Assembly: GCA_963776245.1 (NCBI GenBank)
Contig: CAVZLN010000003.1
Location: 1,152,001-1,216,000 of the forward strand
DNA: 64,000 bases
From: Candidatus Eiseniibacteriota bacterium
GTDB taxonomy: Bacteria; Eisenbacteria; RBG-16-71-46
Direction of reading: 5' to 3'
The translations under genes and the position numbers were made by a program. This document shows, piece after piece, positions 35,207 through 44,937 of this stretch. The notes beneath the pieces were generated by a model. The model did not search any database, was not told where the DNA came from, and was given only the letters and a program-made list of their open reading frames with translations. The stretch's first letter is position 1. Every line of letters begins with the position of its first letter.

Positions 35207-36744
35207 TCAGCGGTAGGCGCGCACTGCTGGCCAGCGCTGGCTGAGCGGCATGTCGAGCCCGCGGCAGACCCAGATCGGCGCGCCGTTCTCGTACGGCATG
35301 CAGTACTTGCAGGCGGTGGTGTCGGCCAGCACCACGCTCCTGGAAGTCCTCGTGGGGGTCGTCGCGGCTGCCGCCGACCACGATCATCACCTCGCCGGTG
35401 GCGCCGTGCGTTCCCCACAGCCAGTAGTTGTTGTGCCCCGAGATGGCGGGCGGCAGGCCCGTAGCGCGCGCCGAAGAAGTCGATCGCCCCGGCCTCGCCG
35501 TAGTTGCGGGTGTAGATCGCGCACTTCGCGCGCTCCTCGGGCGGCAGCGCGTGGTACACGCGCGCCACGCGCTGCGCCAGGTCCTCCCAGCCGAACATGT
35601 CGGCGAACACCTGGGGGAGCTCGCCCCTCGCGCGTGTTCTCCTGCGGCGCGGATGCCCACCCCGAGCGCGCGCACGTAGGCGATGTGCCGCTCCACCGGC
35701 ATGCAGCGGCAGCCCGAACGGCACCAGCGGCAGGCCCAGCAGCACCAGTTCCGCGAGCGCCAGCGGCCGCAGCCAGCCGCGGCCGCGCGCCGCGGCCGCG
35801 CGCTCGATCGCCAGCGCGCCGGCGGCGAACAGCGGCGGATAGGCCACGCGCGAGGTAGTTCGGGCGGCTGAGCCGCTCAGCGATCAGGAACACCGCCACC
35901 GCCAGCGAACACGATGCCGAGCGGCCGCCACGCTGCGCGAGAGCAGCAGCCAGACCAGCCCGACCAGCCACACCGGCAGCGTCGCCGGGCCCATGACGAG
36001 CAGTTGCTGGGCCCAGAACTCGACCAGCCCGGTGCGCACCATCTTGCCCTGCGTGGCGTTGCGCATGAACTCGAGCGTCGGCCAGCCGTGCTGCACCTGC
36101 CAGATCAGGTTGCGGCATGAACAGCAGGGCCGCGACGCCCGCCGCGATCCACGGCCACGGCGTCGCCAGCTGGCGGCGGTGGTGCGTGAGCACCAGCGCG
36201 AGCGCCGCCGCGCCGCCGAACCACATCATGCTCCACTTGTTGAGCAGCCCCAGTCCCACCACCAGCGCCGAGCCCCAGCCAGGCGCGCGGGCGCCCGCCG
36301 TCGAGGGCGCGCACGCAACAGCAGCGCCGCCAGCGTCCAGAGGAACGTGTCGAGCGCGTTCATGCTGAAGAAGTGGTCCACGACAAGGTAGACCGGCGGC
36401 AGCAGCGCGCACAGGCAGGCCACCGCCTGCGCGAACCGCCCGCCGCCGAGTGCGCGCACCAGCATCCCGGTGAGCAGCACGGTGCCCGCGCCGGCCAGCG
36501 CCGGCAGCGTGCGCAGGGCGAGCAGCGAGTCGCCGAGCAGCGCGCGCTGCAGCGCCAGCAGGGCGATCGAGAGCGGCGGCTGGTCGACGTATCCCCACGC
36601 GAGGTGCTTGGCGCAGGCGATGTAGTAGAGCTCATCGCGGAAGTAGCCCCAGTTCGGGGCCGCGAACGCGTGGAGCACCAGCTTGAGCGCCGCGAACAGG
36701 GCGGGGATGAAGAGCGCGTCGGACCAGCGGGGCGGTCTGGGCAT
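35207..36744 (-). CDS. GT-C family 39 (ArnT/PMT-like) glycosyltransferase, multiple frameshifts
   Basis: GYFRDELYY, WGYVDQPPL, GLLNKWS, WQ..HGWP, DMFGW, NYGEAGA, SGHNNYWLWG across frames. Confidence 0.85.
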
Positions 36745-36925
36745 CGCGAGTCTCCGGTCGTGGGCCTGGGAAGCGCGGCCGACGCTACCGGGTGAGGGCT
36801 GGCGGCGCCAGAGGATCCTGAGCAGGATGCCGCGTTCGCGGGCGACAACCCGCGGCCGGAGCGGTCCCGACCACCTACGGCCGCGCTGCACTCCGCATCG
36901 CCCATGCCCTACTATCGCCCCCGCC

Positions 36926-38845
36926 ATGTCCGCCCCCAGCCCCGGCTCCACCCGCCTCGCCGTCGTCGGCACCGCCGGGCACATCGATCACGGCAAGACC
37001 GCGATGGTGCGCCGCCTCACCGGCGTGGACACCGACCGCCTGCCCGAGGAGAAGAAGCGCGGCATCAGCATCGACCTGGGCTTCGCGCCGCTGGTGACGC
37101 CCGCCGGCGTGCGCGTGGGACTGGTGGACGTGCCCGGGCACGAGCGGTTCGTGAAGAACATGCTCGCCGGCGTGGGCGGCATCGACCTGGTGCTGCTGGT
37201 GATCGCCGCCGACGAGGGCGTGATGCCGCAGACCCGCGAGCACCTCGCCATCGTGCGGCTGCTGGGGGTGAAGCGCGGCATCGTGGTGCTCACCAAGCGC
37301 GACCTGGTGGACGCCGAGTGGGTGGCGCTGGTGCGCAAGGAGGTCGCGGCGCTGCTCGCCGGCACCGCGCTGGCCGCGGCGCCCATGGTGGAGTTCAGCG
37401 CCGTGACCGGCGCGGGCACCCCCGAACTGCTCGCCGCCCTGGACGCCGCGCTCGCGGAGCTGCCCAACCGCGCCGCCGAGGAGCCGGCCCGCCTGCCGGT
37501 GGACCGCGTGTTCACCGTGGAGGGCTTCGGCACCGTGGTGACCGGCACGCTGTGGCGCGGGCGCATCGCGATGGGCGACACGCTCGAACTGCTGCCGCTC
37601 GGACGCACGGTGCGCGTGCGCCGCGTGCAGGTGCACGGCGCCACCGTGGACGCGGCACTCGCCGGCCAGCGCACCGCGGTGGCGCTGCACGGCGTGGAGC
37701 GCGACGAGGTCGAGCGCGGGTGCTGGCTGGTGGCGCCCGGATCGCTGAAGGCCTCGACCACGCTCGACGTGCGCTTCGAGCTGCTCGCCGACGGCCCGCG
37801 CGAGTGGCCCGCCAACACCCGCGTGCGGTTCCACCTCGGCGCCAGCGAGATCATCGGGCGGCTGGTGCTGCTCGAGGGCGAGAGCGTGAAGGCCGGCGCC
37901 AGCGCGCTCGCGCAACTGCGGCTCGAGCGGCCCGCCGTGGCCGCGCGCGGCGACCGGTTCGTGGTGCGCCAGTACTCGCCCAGCCGCACCATCGGCGGCG
38001 GCAGCGTGATCGAGCCGGCGGCGGGAAAACGACGGCGCCAGCACGCCGAGGCCCTCGCGAGCCTGGCGGTGCACGAGAGCGGCTCGCTCGCCGCGCGCCT
38101 GCTGCAGCGGCTGGAGGCGGAGCCGCGCCCAGTGCAGCACCGCCGCGCTGGCGCAGGCGCTGTCCGAGCCGCCGGCCGAGGTGGCGGGAGCACTCGCCGC
38201 GCTGGCCGCCGGCGCCGAGGTGGCCGAGCCGGTGGCCGGGCGATGGCTGGGCGCCACGCGCTGGAACGCCGCGCGCGAGACCATCGAGCACGAGGTGCGC
38301 GCCTACGCCGGGAAGTTCCCCGCGCGCTTCGGCATCGGCAAGGGCGAGTTGAAGAGCGCGCTCAAGGGCGCGATGGAGACCGCCGTGTTCGACGCCGCGT
38401 ACGCGGCGCTGGTCGAGGAGAAGGCACTCGAGCAGCGCGCCGAACGCGTGCGGCCCGGCGACTCGCCATGGGAGCCGCCCGCCGCGACCGTGGCGGCGCT
38501 CGAACAGGTGGAGGCCGAACTGGAGGCCGCGGGCTTCCTGGTGCCCGAGACCGCGCAGTGGCAGTCGAAGCTCGGAGCCGGCGCCACCGAGGTGGCCGGG
38601 CTCGGACTGTTCCTCGGGCGCCTGGTGCGCGTGAACGCCGAGTTCACCTACACCACGCGCCAGATGGACGACCTGCGCCGGCGACTGGCGACCTGGTTCG
38701 CGCAGAAGCCCGCGCTGACCGTGGCCGACTTCCGCGAGATCACCGGCGCCAGCCGCAAGTTCGCGGTGCCCCTGCTGGAGCACTGCGACCGCGTGGGCTG
38801 GACGGTGCGAGTGGGGGACGAGCGGAAGGCGGGGGGCGGGGGTGA
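36926..38845 (+). CDS. selB: Selenocysteine-specific elongation factor (frameshifts near 38135 and at the C-terminal G-run)
   Basis: [42 protein letters not shown]-terminal w[15 protein letters not shown]...T.R.GDER. Confidence 0.95.
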   Translation: MSAPSPGSTRLAVVGTAGHIDHGKTAMVRRLTGVDTDRLPEEKKRGISIDLGFAPLVTPAGVRVGLVDVPGHERFVKNMLAGVGGIDLVLLVIAADEGVMPQTREHLAIVRLLGVKRGIVVLTKRDLVDAEWVALVRKEVAALLAGTALAAAPMVEFSAVTGAGTPELLAALDAALAELPNRAAEEPARLPVDRVFTVEGFGTVVTGTLWRGRIAMGDTLELLPLGRTVRVRRVQVHGATVDAALAGQRTAVALHGVERDEVERGCWLVAPGSLKASTTLDVRFELLADGPREWPANTRVRFHLGASEIIGRLVLLEGESVKAGASALAQLRLERPAVAARGDRFVVRQYSPSRTIGGGSVIEPAAGKRRRQHAEALASLAVHESGSLAARLLQRLEAEPRPVQHRRAGAGAVRAAGRGGGSTRRAGRRRRGGRAGGRAMAGRHALERRARDHRARGARLRREVPRALRHRQGRVEERAQGRDGDRRVRRRVRGAGRGEGTRAARRTRAARRLAMGAARRDRGGARTGGGRTGGRGLPGARDRAVAVEARSRRHRGGRARTVPRAPGARERRVHLHHAPDGRPAPATGDLVRAEARADRGRLPRDHRRQPQVRGAPAGALRPRGLDGASGGRAEGGGRG

Positions 38846-39424
38846 CTACTCGGGGGGCAACTGGCCGAGCACGATGATGGCCTCGCCGTCGGCTACGAGG
38901 CCCTCCGAGCTCAAGTCGGATCGGAAGTTCACCTGAAACTGGGTGCGCCAGGGCTTGGTGCGCTCCTTCAACTCCTCCAGCGTCAGCAGTCGGACGAATG
39001 GACGACCGAAGTCGTTGGCGGAGTTGAGGACGACGAAGGCAAACAGATAGCGCGAGCCGAGAACTTCAGCGAGACGCCGCTCGCTTTCCGTGACGCCGAA
39101 GAAGAAACTATTGAGTGCGGCACTCTTGATGGCCTTGCGTGTCGCCTTCATCTCGACCAGTCGGAGCTGCGGAAGGTGCTCGGCGACATTCTCGTCCGTG
39201 ATCGTCGGGATGCCCTTGGGAATCATTAGGAGATCGAAGGTCTGCGGACCGTATCCACCCGGACCGCCGCCGCCGATCAGCTTGATGATTGCCCGCCGGG
39301 TCGGCAGGTCGGCCTCCTGGAAGCGAGGATCGCGGAGTAAGATCTCGCGACCGGTCTTCTGGACCCCCTGATTCTTCCTGCTCTTGGTGAATCTACCGTC
39401 CACCTCATCATCGGCTGGCGACAT
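38846..39424 (-). CDS. Putative PD-(D/E)XK nuclease, DUF3883-like
   Basis: FDLL...LVEMKAT...FGVTESE..LA.....YLFAFV pattern; lower GC than flanks. Confidence 0.55.
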   Translation of the reverse strand: MSPADDEVDGRFTKSRKNQGVQKTGREILLRDPRFQEADLPTRRAIIKLIGGGGPGGYGPQTFDLLMIPKGIPTITDENVAEHLPQLRLVEMKATRKAIKSAALNSFFFGVTESERRLAEVLGSRYLFAFVVLNSANDFGRPFVRLLTLEELKERTKPWRTQFQVNFRSDLSSEGLVADGEAIIVLGQLPPE

Positions 39425-39534
39425 TGCCCGATGATCGTGGATCCTTGGCTGGCGATCAAGATGCACTGGACAGGAGTTGGACGCACAGGCCGGCTTCGGC
39501 CGCTCTTCCCTTCGATCTGAATGAGGCCGACAAC

Positions 39535-40383
39535 GTGAGCGCGAGAGATTGGAGCGAGTCTGAGGTCCGAAGCACGGTCGAAGAGTACTTCGACATGCTT
39601 GTCAGCGAATTGCGGGGCGAGGCCTACTCGAAGGCCTCCCACAGGCAAAGCCTTCTCCCACGGCTGAATGGCAGGACCAGCGGTTCCGTCGAGTTCAAGT
39701 TCGGGAACATCAGCGCTGTGCTGCGCGACCTCGGCTTTACGTGGGTGGATGGCTACAAGCCCTACAGCAACTACCAGGCGCTTCTCGTGCAAGCCGTCAC
39801 CGAGCGTATAGCCGCCGACAAGGCGCTTCAGCGTCTCGCCACGGGCGTCGCGGGCAAGCTCCCGCTGGTCACCAAAGTCTTGCCTCTTGCAGATCCCGCG
39901 CGCGAGGTCGAATGCCCAGAGCGACCACGGGTTGAGGACAAGAGAGGGAGCGGTCTTCTCCATTCGAGCACGCTTCGCTTTGACTTCGCGAAACGAGATG
40001 CTGAGAACCGCCGACTCGGTGAACTTGGAGAGCGTTTTGTGCTTGAAGTTGAGCGGGCGCGATTGTCTCGAGCCGGGCGTCCCGATCTGGCGGATCGCGT
40101 CGAATGGACCTCGAGAGACGTCGGTGATGGGACGGGCTACGACATCACCTCATTCACCGCCTCGGAGGATGTCCGACTGCTGGAGGTCAAGACGACGAAT
40201 CACCACAAGCGGTTTCCATTTGTCGTATCACGGAACGAGGTAGTGGTCTCAGAGGAGAAGCACAACGCATTCTCGGTCGTCCGGGTCTTCGACTTTGGCC
40301 GTGACCCCCGCTTCTTCCTGCTTCCCGGAGCGATCAGCAAGTCCTGCCGCCTCGAGCCCCGGAGCTACACCGCCCGTTTGTGA
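39535..40383 (+). CDS. DUF3883 (NOV-C-like) PD-(D/E)XK nuclease with N-terminal helical domain
   Basis: WSESEV...YFDML, RT.GSVEFK.GNISAVL; G..GE.FV...E, GDGTGYDI.SF, LEVKTT, SRNE. Confidence 0.85.
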   Translation: MSARDWSESEVRSTVEEYFDMLVSELRGEAYSKASHRQSLLPRLNGRTSGSVEFKFGNISAVLRDLGFTWVDGYKPYSNYQALLVQAVTERIAADKALQRLATGVAGKLPLVTKVLPLADPAREVECPERPRVEDKRGSGLLHSSTLRFDFAKRDAENRRLGELGERFVLEVERARLSRAGRPDLADRVEWTSRDVGDGTGYDITSFTASEDVRLLEVKTTNHHKRFPFVVSRNEVVVSEEKHNAFSVVRVFDFGRDPRFFLLPGAISKSCRLEPRSYTARL

Positions 40384-40385
40384 TT

Positions 40386-40418
40386 GCCAGGCCTTCGCCA
40401 GGCCTTTGCCAGGCTTTC
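40386..40418. repeat. Three tandem 11-bp repeats
   Basis: GCCAGGCCTTC GCCAGGCCTTT GCCAGGCTTTC. Confidence 0.8.
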
Positions 40419-40821
40419 GCTCGCGCGCGTCTCGGCTCTTGCCGCTCAGCACTCCGCCAGGCCAGGCTGCGCACATGGCACCGCACGACGTCAGACGCCA
40501 TCCGCCGCGCGCTCGCCGCCGAGCGTGCCGGCCCTCGCCGGCAACTCGCAGGTCCTCGCTTACGCCCGGATCTTCTTCGCGAACCCAGTCGACACGTTTG
40601 AACTCGTCTGCATGGCGTCGAACATCGTCGACGACTTCGACGAGTGGGGGCCGGTCATCCAGGCGAACGTGGACGGCGAGTACTCGCCCGAGACCTCCAT
40701 CGAGCGCCTGCGCGCTGCCCGCGATCGTCTCTTCGCACTCCACGACGATCGGCCACGCCCGCTCTGGCCATGGCACGTAGCCCAGGTGGCCGCGTGGCAT
40801 CAGATCGATCCCGGCGGCAGA

Positions 40822-41319
40822 ATGCCTTCCTCGGCCGCGCTCGACCCGACCGAACTGGTCATTTTCCCGAAATCGTTCGTGCGGGAGTCGCAGACCACGC
40901 TCGAGCTGCTGCGGCGCTACCCGGCGGACCAGCTCGATCTCCAGCCGACCGACAAGCTGCCCACCGCGCGCCAGTTAATCTGGACGCTGGTGCTCGGCCA
41001 GATGGCGATGGGCATGCTGACCGAGCGCGACGACGTGCTGCCGGGCGACATGCCCTCGCCGCCGGCCGCGCTGCCCGAGCTGATCGCGGCGTACGAGAGC
41101 GCGCATCGCGAGGCAATCGCGCGTCTCGGGGCGCTTACCGAAGCGCGACTCAACAACCCCGTCCGAGTCCCGATCACCCGCCGCACCATCGGCGAGTGTC
41201 GTCGCGGCGACGTGCTACGGATGCTCCTCCTCGACGGCATCCACCACCGCGGCCAGCTGTCGGTCTATCAGCGTCTCGCGGGAGGGATGGCGCTCGGCAT
41301 CCACGGTCCGCCCGGCTGA
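40822..41319 (+). CDS. DinB family protein, copy 1 (in-frame upstream extension from about 40520 of unknown family)
   Basis: RESQTTL.LLRRYPADQLDLQP, DGIHHRGQLSVYQR; paralogous to 43539-44042. Confidence 0.8.
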   Translation: MPSSAALDPTELVIFPKSFVRESQTTLELLRRYPADQLDLQPTDKLPTARQLIWTLVLGQMAMGMLTERDDVLPGDMPSPPAALPELIAAYESAHREAIARLGALTEARLNNPVRVPITRRTIGECRRGDVLRMLLLDGIHHRGQLSVYQRLAGGMALGIHGPPG

Positions 41320-41415
41320 CCATCCCGGACTTTACGGACGGCCTAATGAAGGGTACGCTCCTCATCCCTTAATAAGCCGCGCGTCTCCTAAGGAACGCTG
41401 AATAGGGGGTGACGG

Positions 41416-42579
41416 GTGAAGCGAGCGCCTGCCGGGCAATACGTTACGTCGACCACCATGGGCGAGACCGTGCGCGCCTTCGAGCCCGCACCACTGCCGC
41501 CCGAGCCACCGCTCGCGCTCGACCACGATCTCAGCCACCGCCTGGACCGGGCGCACATCGCGCTGGGGCGCCTCGACGGGGTCTCGGGGCTCCTGCCCGA
41601 CACGCACCTGTTCCTCTACGCCTATGTCCGCAAGGAGGCGGTGCTGTCATCCCAGATCGAGGGCACCCAGTCGTCGCTCTCGGACCTCATGCTGTTCGAG
41701 CTCGACGAGACTCCCGGCGTGCCGTTCGACGATGTGGTCGAGGTCTCGAGCTACGTCGCGGCGCTCGAGCACGGCCTTGCCCGGGTCCGCGAGGGATTCC
41801 CGCTCTCGAACCGACTCATCCGCGAGATGCACGGCATCCTGCTCTCGCGTGGTCGCGGGCAGAGCAAGTTGCCTGGGGAGTTTCGCCGCTCGCAGAACTG
41901 GATCGGGGGGACGCGGCCCGGCGACGCGCACTTCGTGCCTCCGCCACCCCAGCAGGTCGAACCGTGCATGGCCGCACTCGAACGGTTCCTGCACGACGAG
42001 CCCGTGCGCACGCCCACGCTCATCAAGGCGGCACTGGCGCATGTGCAGTTCGAGACCATCCATCCATTCCTCGATGGCAACGGGCGTGTGGGCCGGCTGC
42101 TCATCCCGATGCTGCTCTGCATCGAGGGAGTGCTGCGCGAACCGCTGCTCTACCTAAGCCTGTACCTGAAGCAGAACCGGTCCCGGTACTACGAACTGCT
42201 CGACGGGGTGCGCACGGCGGGCGAGTGGGAGGAATGGCTGTCGTTCTTCGCAAGCGGGGTGGAGGAGACCGCCAACGCCGCCGTCGCGACGGCCCAGCGC
42301 ATGAACGACATGGCGCAGGCGGATCGTGCGCGAGTGCAGGGGGCGGGCCGCATCGCGGGGTCCGCGCTCCAAGTGCATCATGCGCTGCTGTCGCGCCCCA
42401 TCAACACGATCGCGCGCCTGGCGAGCGACACCGGACTCTCGATCCCAGCGGTCACTGGCGCGATCGCGGCGCTCTCGTCCATCGGGATGGTCCGCGAGAT
42501 CACGGGTCGCAAGCGTGGGCGGGTGTTCGCGTACGGCCCGTACCTCGATCTGCTTCAGCAGGGGATGGAACCACTCTGA
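41416..42579 (+). CDS. Fic family protein (class II) with C-terminal HTH
   Basis: HPFLDGNGRVGR catalytic motif, inhibitory SSQIEG motif, C-terminal EITGRKRGRVF.Y. Confidence 0.92.
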   Translation: MKRAPAGQYVTSTTMGETVRAFEPAPLPPEPPLALDHDLSHRLDRAHIALGRLDGVSGLLPDTHLFLYAYVRKEAVLSSQIEGTQSSLSDLMLFELDETPGVPFDDVVEVSSYVAALEHGLARVREGFPLSNRLIREMHGILLSRGRGQSKLPGEFRRSQNWIGGTRPGDAHFVPPPPQQVEPCMAALERFLHDEPVRTPTLIKAALAHVQFETIHPFLDGNGRVGRLLIPMLLCIEGVLREPLLYLSLYLKQNRSRYYELLDGVRTAGEWEEWLSFFASGVEETANAAVATAQRMNDMAQADRARVQGAGRIAGSALQVHHALLSRPINTIARLASDTGLSIPAVTGAIAALSSIGMVREITGRKRGRVFAYGPYLDLLQQGMEPL

Positions 42580-42657
42580 GCCCCGAGGGCGAGGCCTTCC
42601 GCCCCATCGGGATTCCCGGGGCGTGGCCCCGTCAACCCGAGTCCATCCTCCCTCACC

Positions 42658-43356
42658 TCACCGCGCCACCTTCGCCGTCCCCCATCCGGGCCCGCGGCCG
42701 GCCCAGGTCTGCTTGTCGGTTGGCAGGTGCGCGACCTCGTTGAACACCACCAGGCGTGTGTTGCCGTCCGGCTTGATGGTGATGATGGTCACGCTCGCGT
42801 TCGCGATGTCCATGTAGGCCCAGCGCCGCGTGTCGGCACCGATCGCCCGGGTCGTGAACCAGCGGATGACGTTGCCGTGGCAGACCAGCACCTCGTGCGT
42901 GTCTCCGTCCGCGGAGGGTCGCGCATAGCTGGCCCACGCGGCTTCCATCTGGGCCTGCGACGAGTCGGCCTCGCCGGGGGTGTCGTACCGGATGTCGGGC
43001 CGGCTCGCGGGCGGCTGGCACTCATTGAGCAGCGAGTCGCGGGTGACCGCCACCCCGAGTGCCTTCCCGATGATGTCCCCGGTCTCCATCGCGCGCGAGT
43101 ACATGCTGGTGCGCACGGTCGCGAACCGCACCGGCATGGACTTCAGCCGCTTCGCCACCAGTCGCGCCTGCTCCCTGCCGAGCGCGTCGAGGTGCTTGCC
43201 CACGCGCGCGTCGGCGGGATCCTTCGCGTCGTAGTACCCATGGCGGATCAGGTAGAGCACGTGCGTGCCGGGGGCCGCCGGCGCGGGGGCGGGCATGGCG
43301 GCGATGCACGCCAACGCCAGCACGGCGGTCAGCCACATGCGGATCAGGGGCTTCAT
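42658..43356 (-). CDS. Secreted histidine phosphatase, PGAM5-like
   Basis: LIRHG, LGREQA, SRAMET, LLNE, EVLVCHGNVIRW, NASVT; signal peptide. Confidence 0.85.
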   Translation of the reverse strand: MKPLIRMWLTAVLALACIAAMPAPAPAAPGTHVLYLIRHGYYDAKDPADARVGKHLDALGREQARLVAKRLKSMPVRFATVRTSMYSRAMETGDIIGKALGVAVTRDSLLNECQPPASRPDIRYDTPGEADSSQAQMEAAWASYARPSADGDTHEVLVCHGNVIRWFTTRAIGADTRRWAYMDIANASVTIITIKPDGNTRLVVFNEVAHLPTDKQTWAGRGPGWGTAKVAR

Positions 43357-43538
43357 CGGGGTTCTCCGTTCGAGTTCGAAGGCGGTTGGGGCCCGCCGGC
43401 ATCGTGAGGGAACGCGATCCGGGACTCAACCCGGCACCGGCCCCGACGAGCGGCGCATCCCAGAGTGGGTCCGCCGCATCAGAACCGTCCCCAGGTCGCA
43501 CCGTTCAGGACCCCCGCGGCAGGCAGGAGGCACACGCG

Positions 43539-44042
43539 ATGCCCACGCAGACCATCACCGAGAAGGGCAAGTTCATTGAGACCTTCGAGCGCGAGTACCA
43601 GACCACTCTCAAACTGCTCCGGCTGTACCCCGCCGACCAGCTCGATCTCAAGCCGAGCCCCAGGTCGAACGTCGCGCGCGACATCATCTGGGTGCTGGCG
43701 CTGGGCCACATGGCGCTCGGCATCGTGATCGAGAAGAATGAACTCATGCCGGGCGAGATGCCGAAGGCGCCGGCGACCATGCCCGAGATCCTTGCGGCCA
43801 TGGAGGCCGCGCACCGCGACACCGCGGCGAAGCTCCAGAAGCTCACCGACGAGCAGATGAACGCCAGCATCCGCATTCCGGTGGGACCGAAGCAGATCGG
43901 CGACGTGCGCCGCGGCGACGCGCTGTGGATGTTCCTCTACGACGGCATCCACCACCGCGGGCAGGTCACGGTCTACCAGCGCATCGCCGGCGGCAAGGTG
44001 CCGAGCATCTACGGGCCGTCGGGCGACGAGCCCTGGATGTAG
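43539..44042 (+). CDS. DinB family protein, copy 2
   Basis: IHHRGQVTVYQR..GGKVPSIYGPS.DE; SD AGGAGG. Confidence 0.9.
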   Translation: MPTQTITEKGKFIETFEREYQTTLKLLRLYPADQLDLKPSPRSNVARDIIWVLALGHMALGIVIEKNELMPGEMPKAPATMPEILAAMEAAHRDTAAKLQKLTDEQMNASIRIPVGPKQIGDVRRGDALWMFLYDGIHHRGQVTVYQRIAGGKVPSIYGPSGDEPWM

Positions 44043-44057
44043 GAGCGCGGGCCAAGC

Positions 44058-44093
44058 ACAACGACCACCCTCGTGGATGAGGGTGGTCGTTGT
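44058..44093. terminator. Perfect 15-bp-stem hairpin between convergent genes
   Basis: ACAACGACCACCCTC-GTGGAT-GAGGGTGGTCGTTGT. Confidence 0.7.
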
Positions 44094-44113
44094 CGTCAGC
44101 CGGTCAGTCCATC

Positions 44114-44768
44114 TCAGCGATAGAGGATCTTGATACGGCCCCAGGTCGCGCGCGACACCGGGGTGGCATTGTCGTACGTGTACGTCACCACCACGTTGGC
44201 GCCCGCCTTGGTGCTGACGCCGTGGCTCGCGTTTCCGCAATCATCCGAGACGTAGGCCTTCCCGGTCGCCTTGCACGGCAGCACGATCGAGCCCGCTCCC
44301 GAGAACAGCGCGAGGTCCGCCGGCGCCGTGACCACCATGGTGGCGGTCTGACTGAGCGCGAGATCGAGTGCGGTGTAGCCGGACGTTCCGCCGAAGTTGA
44401 GGACCCCGTCGTAGACCGGCATGGTCTGGCTGTACTCGCGGGCGGCGATGGTGGAGGTGAGCAGCGTGGCGTCGGGACGCTGCAGCTCGACCTTCGCCTG
44501 CGAAGAGTCCTGGCTGGTGCAGGTCGACGAGGTCGACATGTTCTCGAACCGGAACGTGGACACCAGGTCGGTGCGCACCTCGAGGGACACGCTCATCAGC
44601 GTCCCGAGAGCCGGGTTGAACTTCGGGAAGCTGAGCGTGGTCGTCCAGTTGGTGGCCGAGACCGGGTAGCTGGCCGAGTAACTCGCGATGACCGAAGCGG
44701 CCGACGGAGTGGCCAGGCAGATCGGCGTGAGGGCGAGTACCAGGAGGAGCGGAGAAGCGGTAGCGCAT
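44114..44768 (-). CDS. Choice-of-anchor E-like secreted protein with C-terminal TWGRIKILYR motif (indel near start)
   Basis: TNWTTTLSFPKFNPALGTL.SV, YDGVLNFGGTSG, VTYTY, then ATPVSRATWGRIKILYR; ATG 44768 has SD GGAGG but is out of frame with the signal peptide. Confidence 0.75.
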
Positions 44769-44937
44769 GAGGGAACCTCCCGAAGGATGTCGATCCCGCG
44801 GCCGAGGAACACAGGAGGTGTGATCCCCAGGCGGCCGATGCAGGACAGCATCTTAGCCCGGCGCCGCCCTCGGATGCCAGCCATTTCGCGGGGCTTCCCC
44901 CGGTCACGCCCCGCGCCCGGGGCCTCGATTCAGCGGC

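Noticed and set aside
33619..35847. Apparent glycosyltransferase-histidine kinase fusion (742 aa)
   Set aside because: Frameshifted GT39 fragment reading through the intergenic region; the intervening translation is junk.
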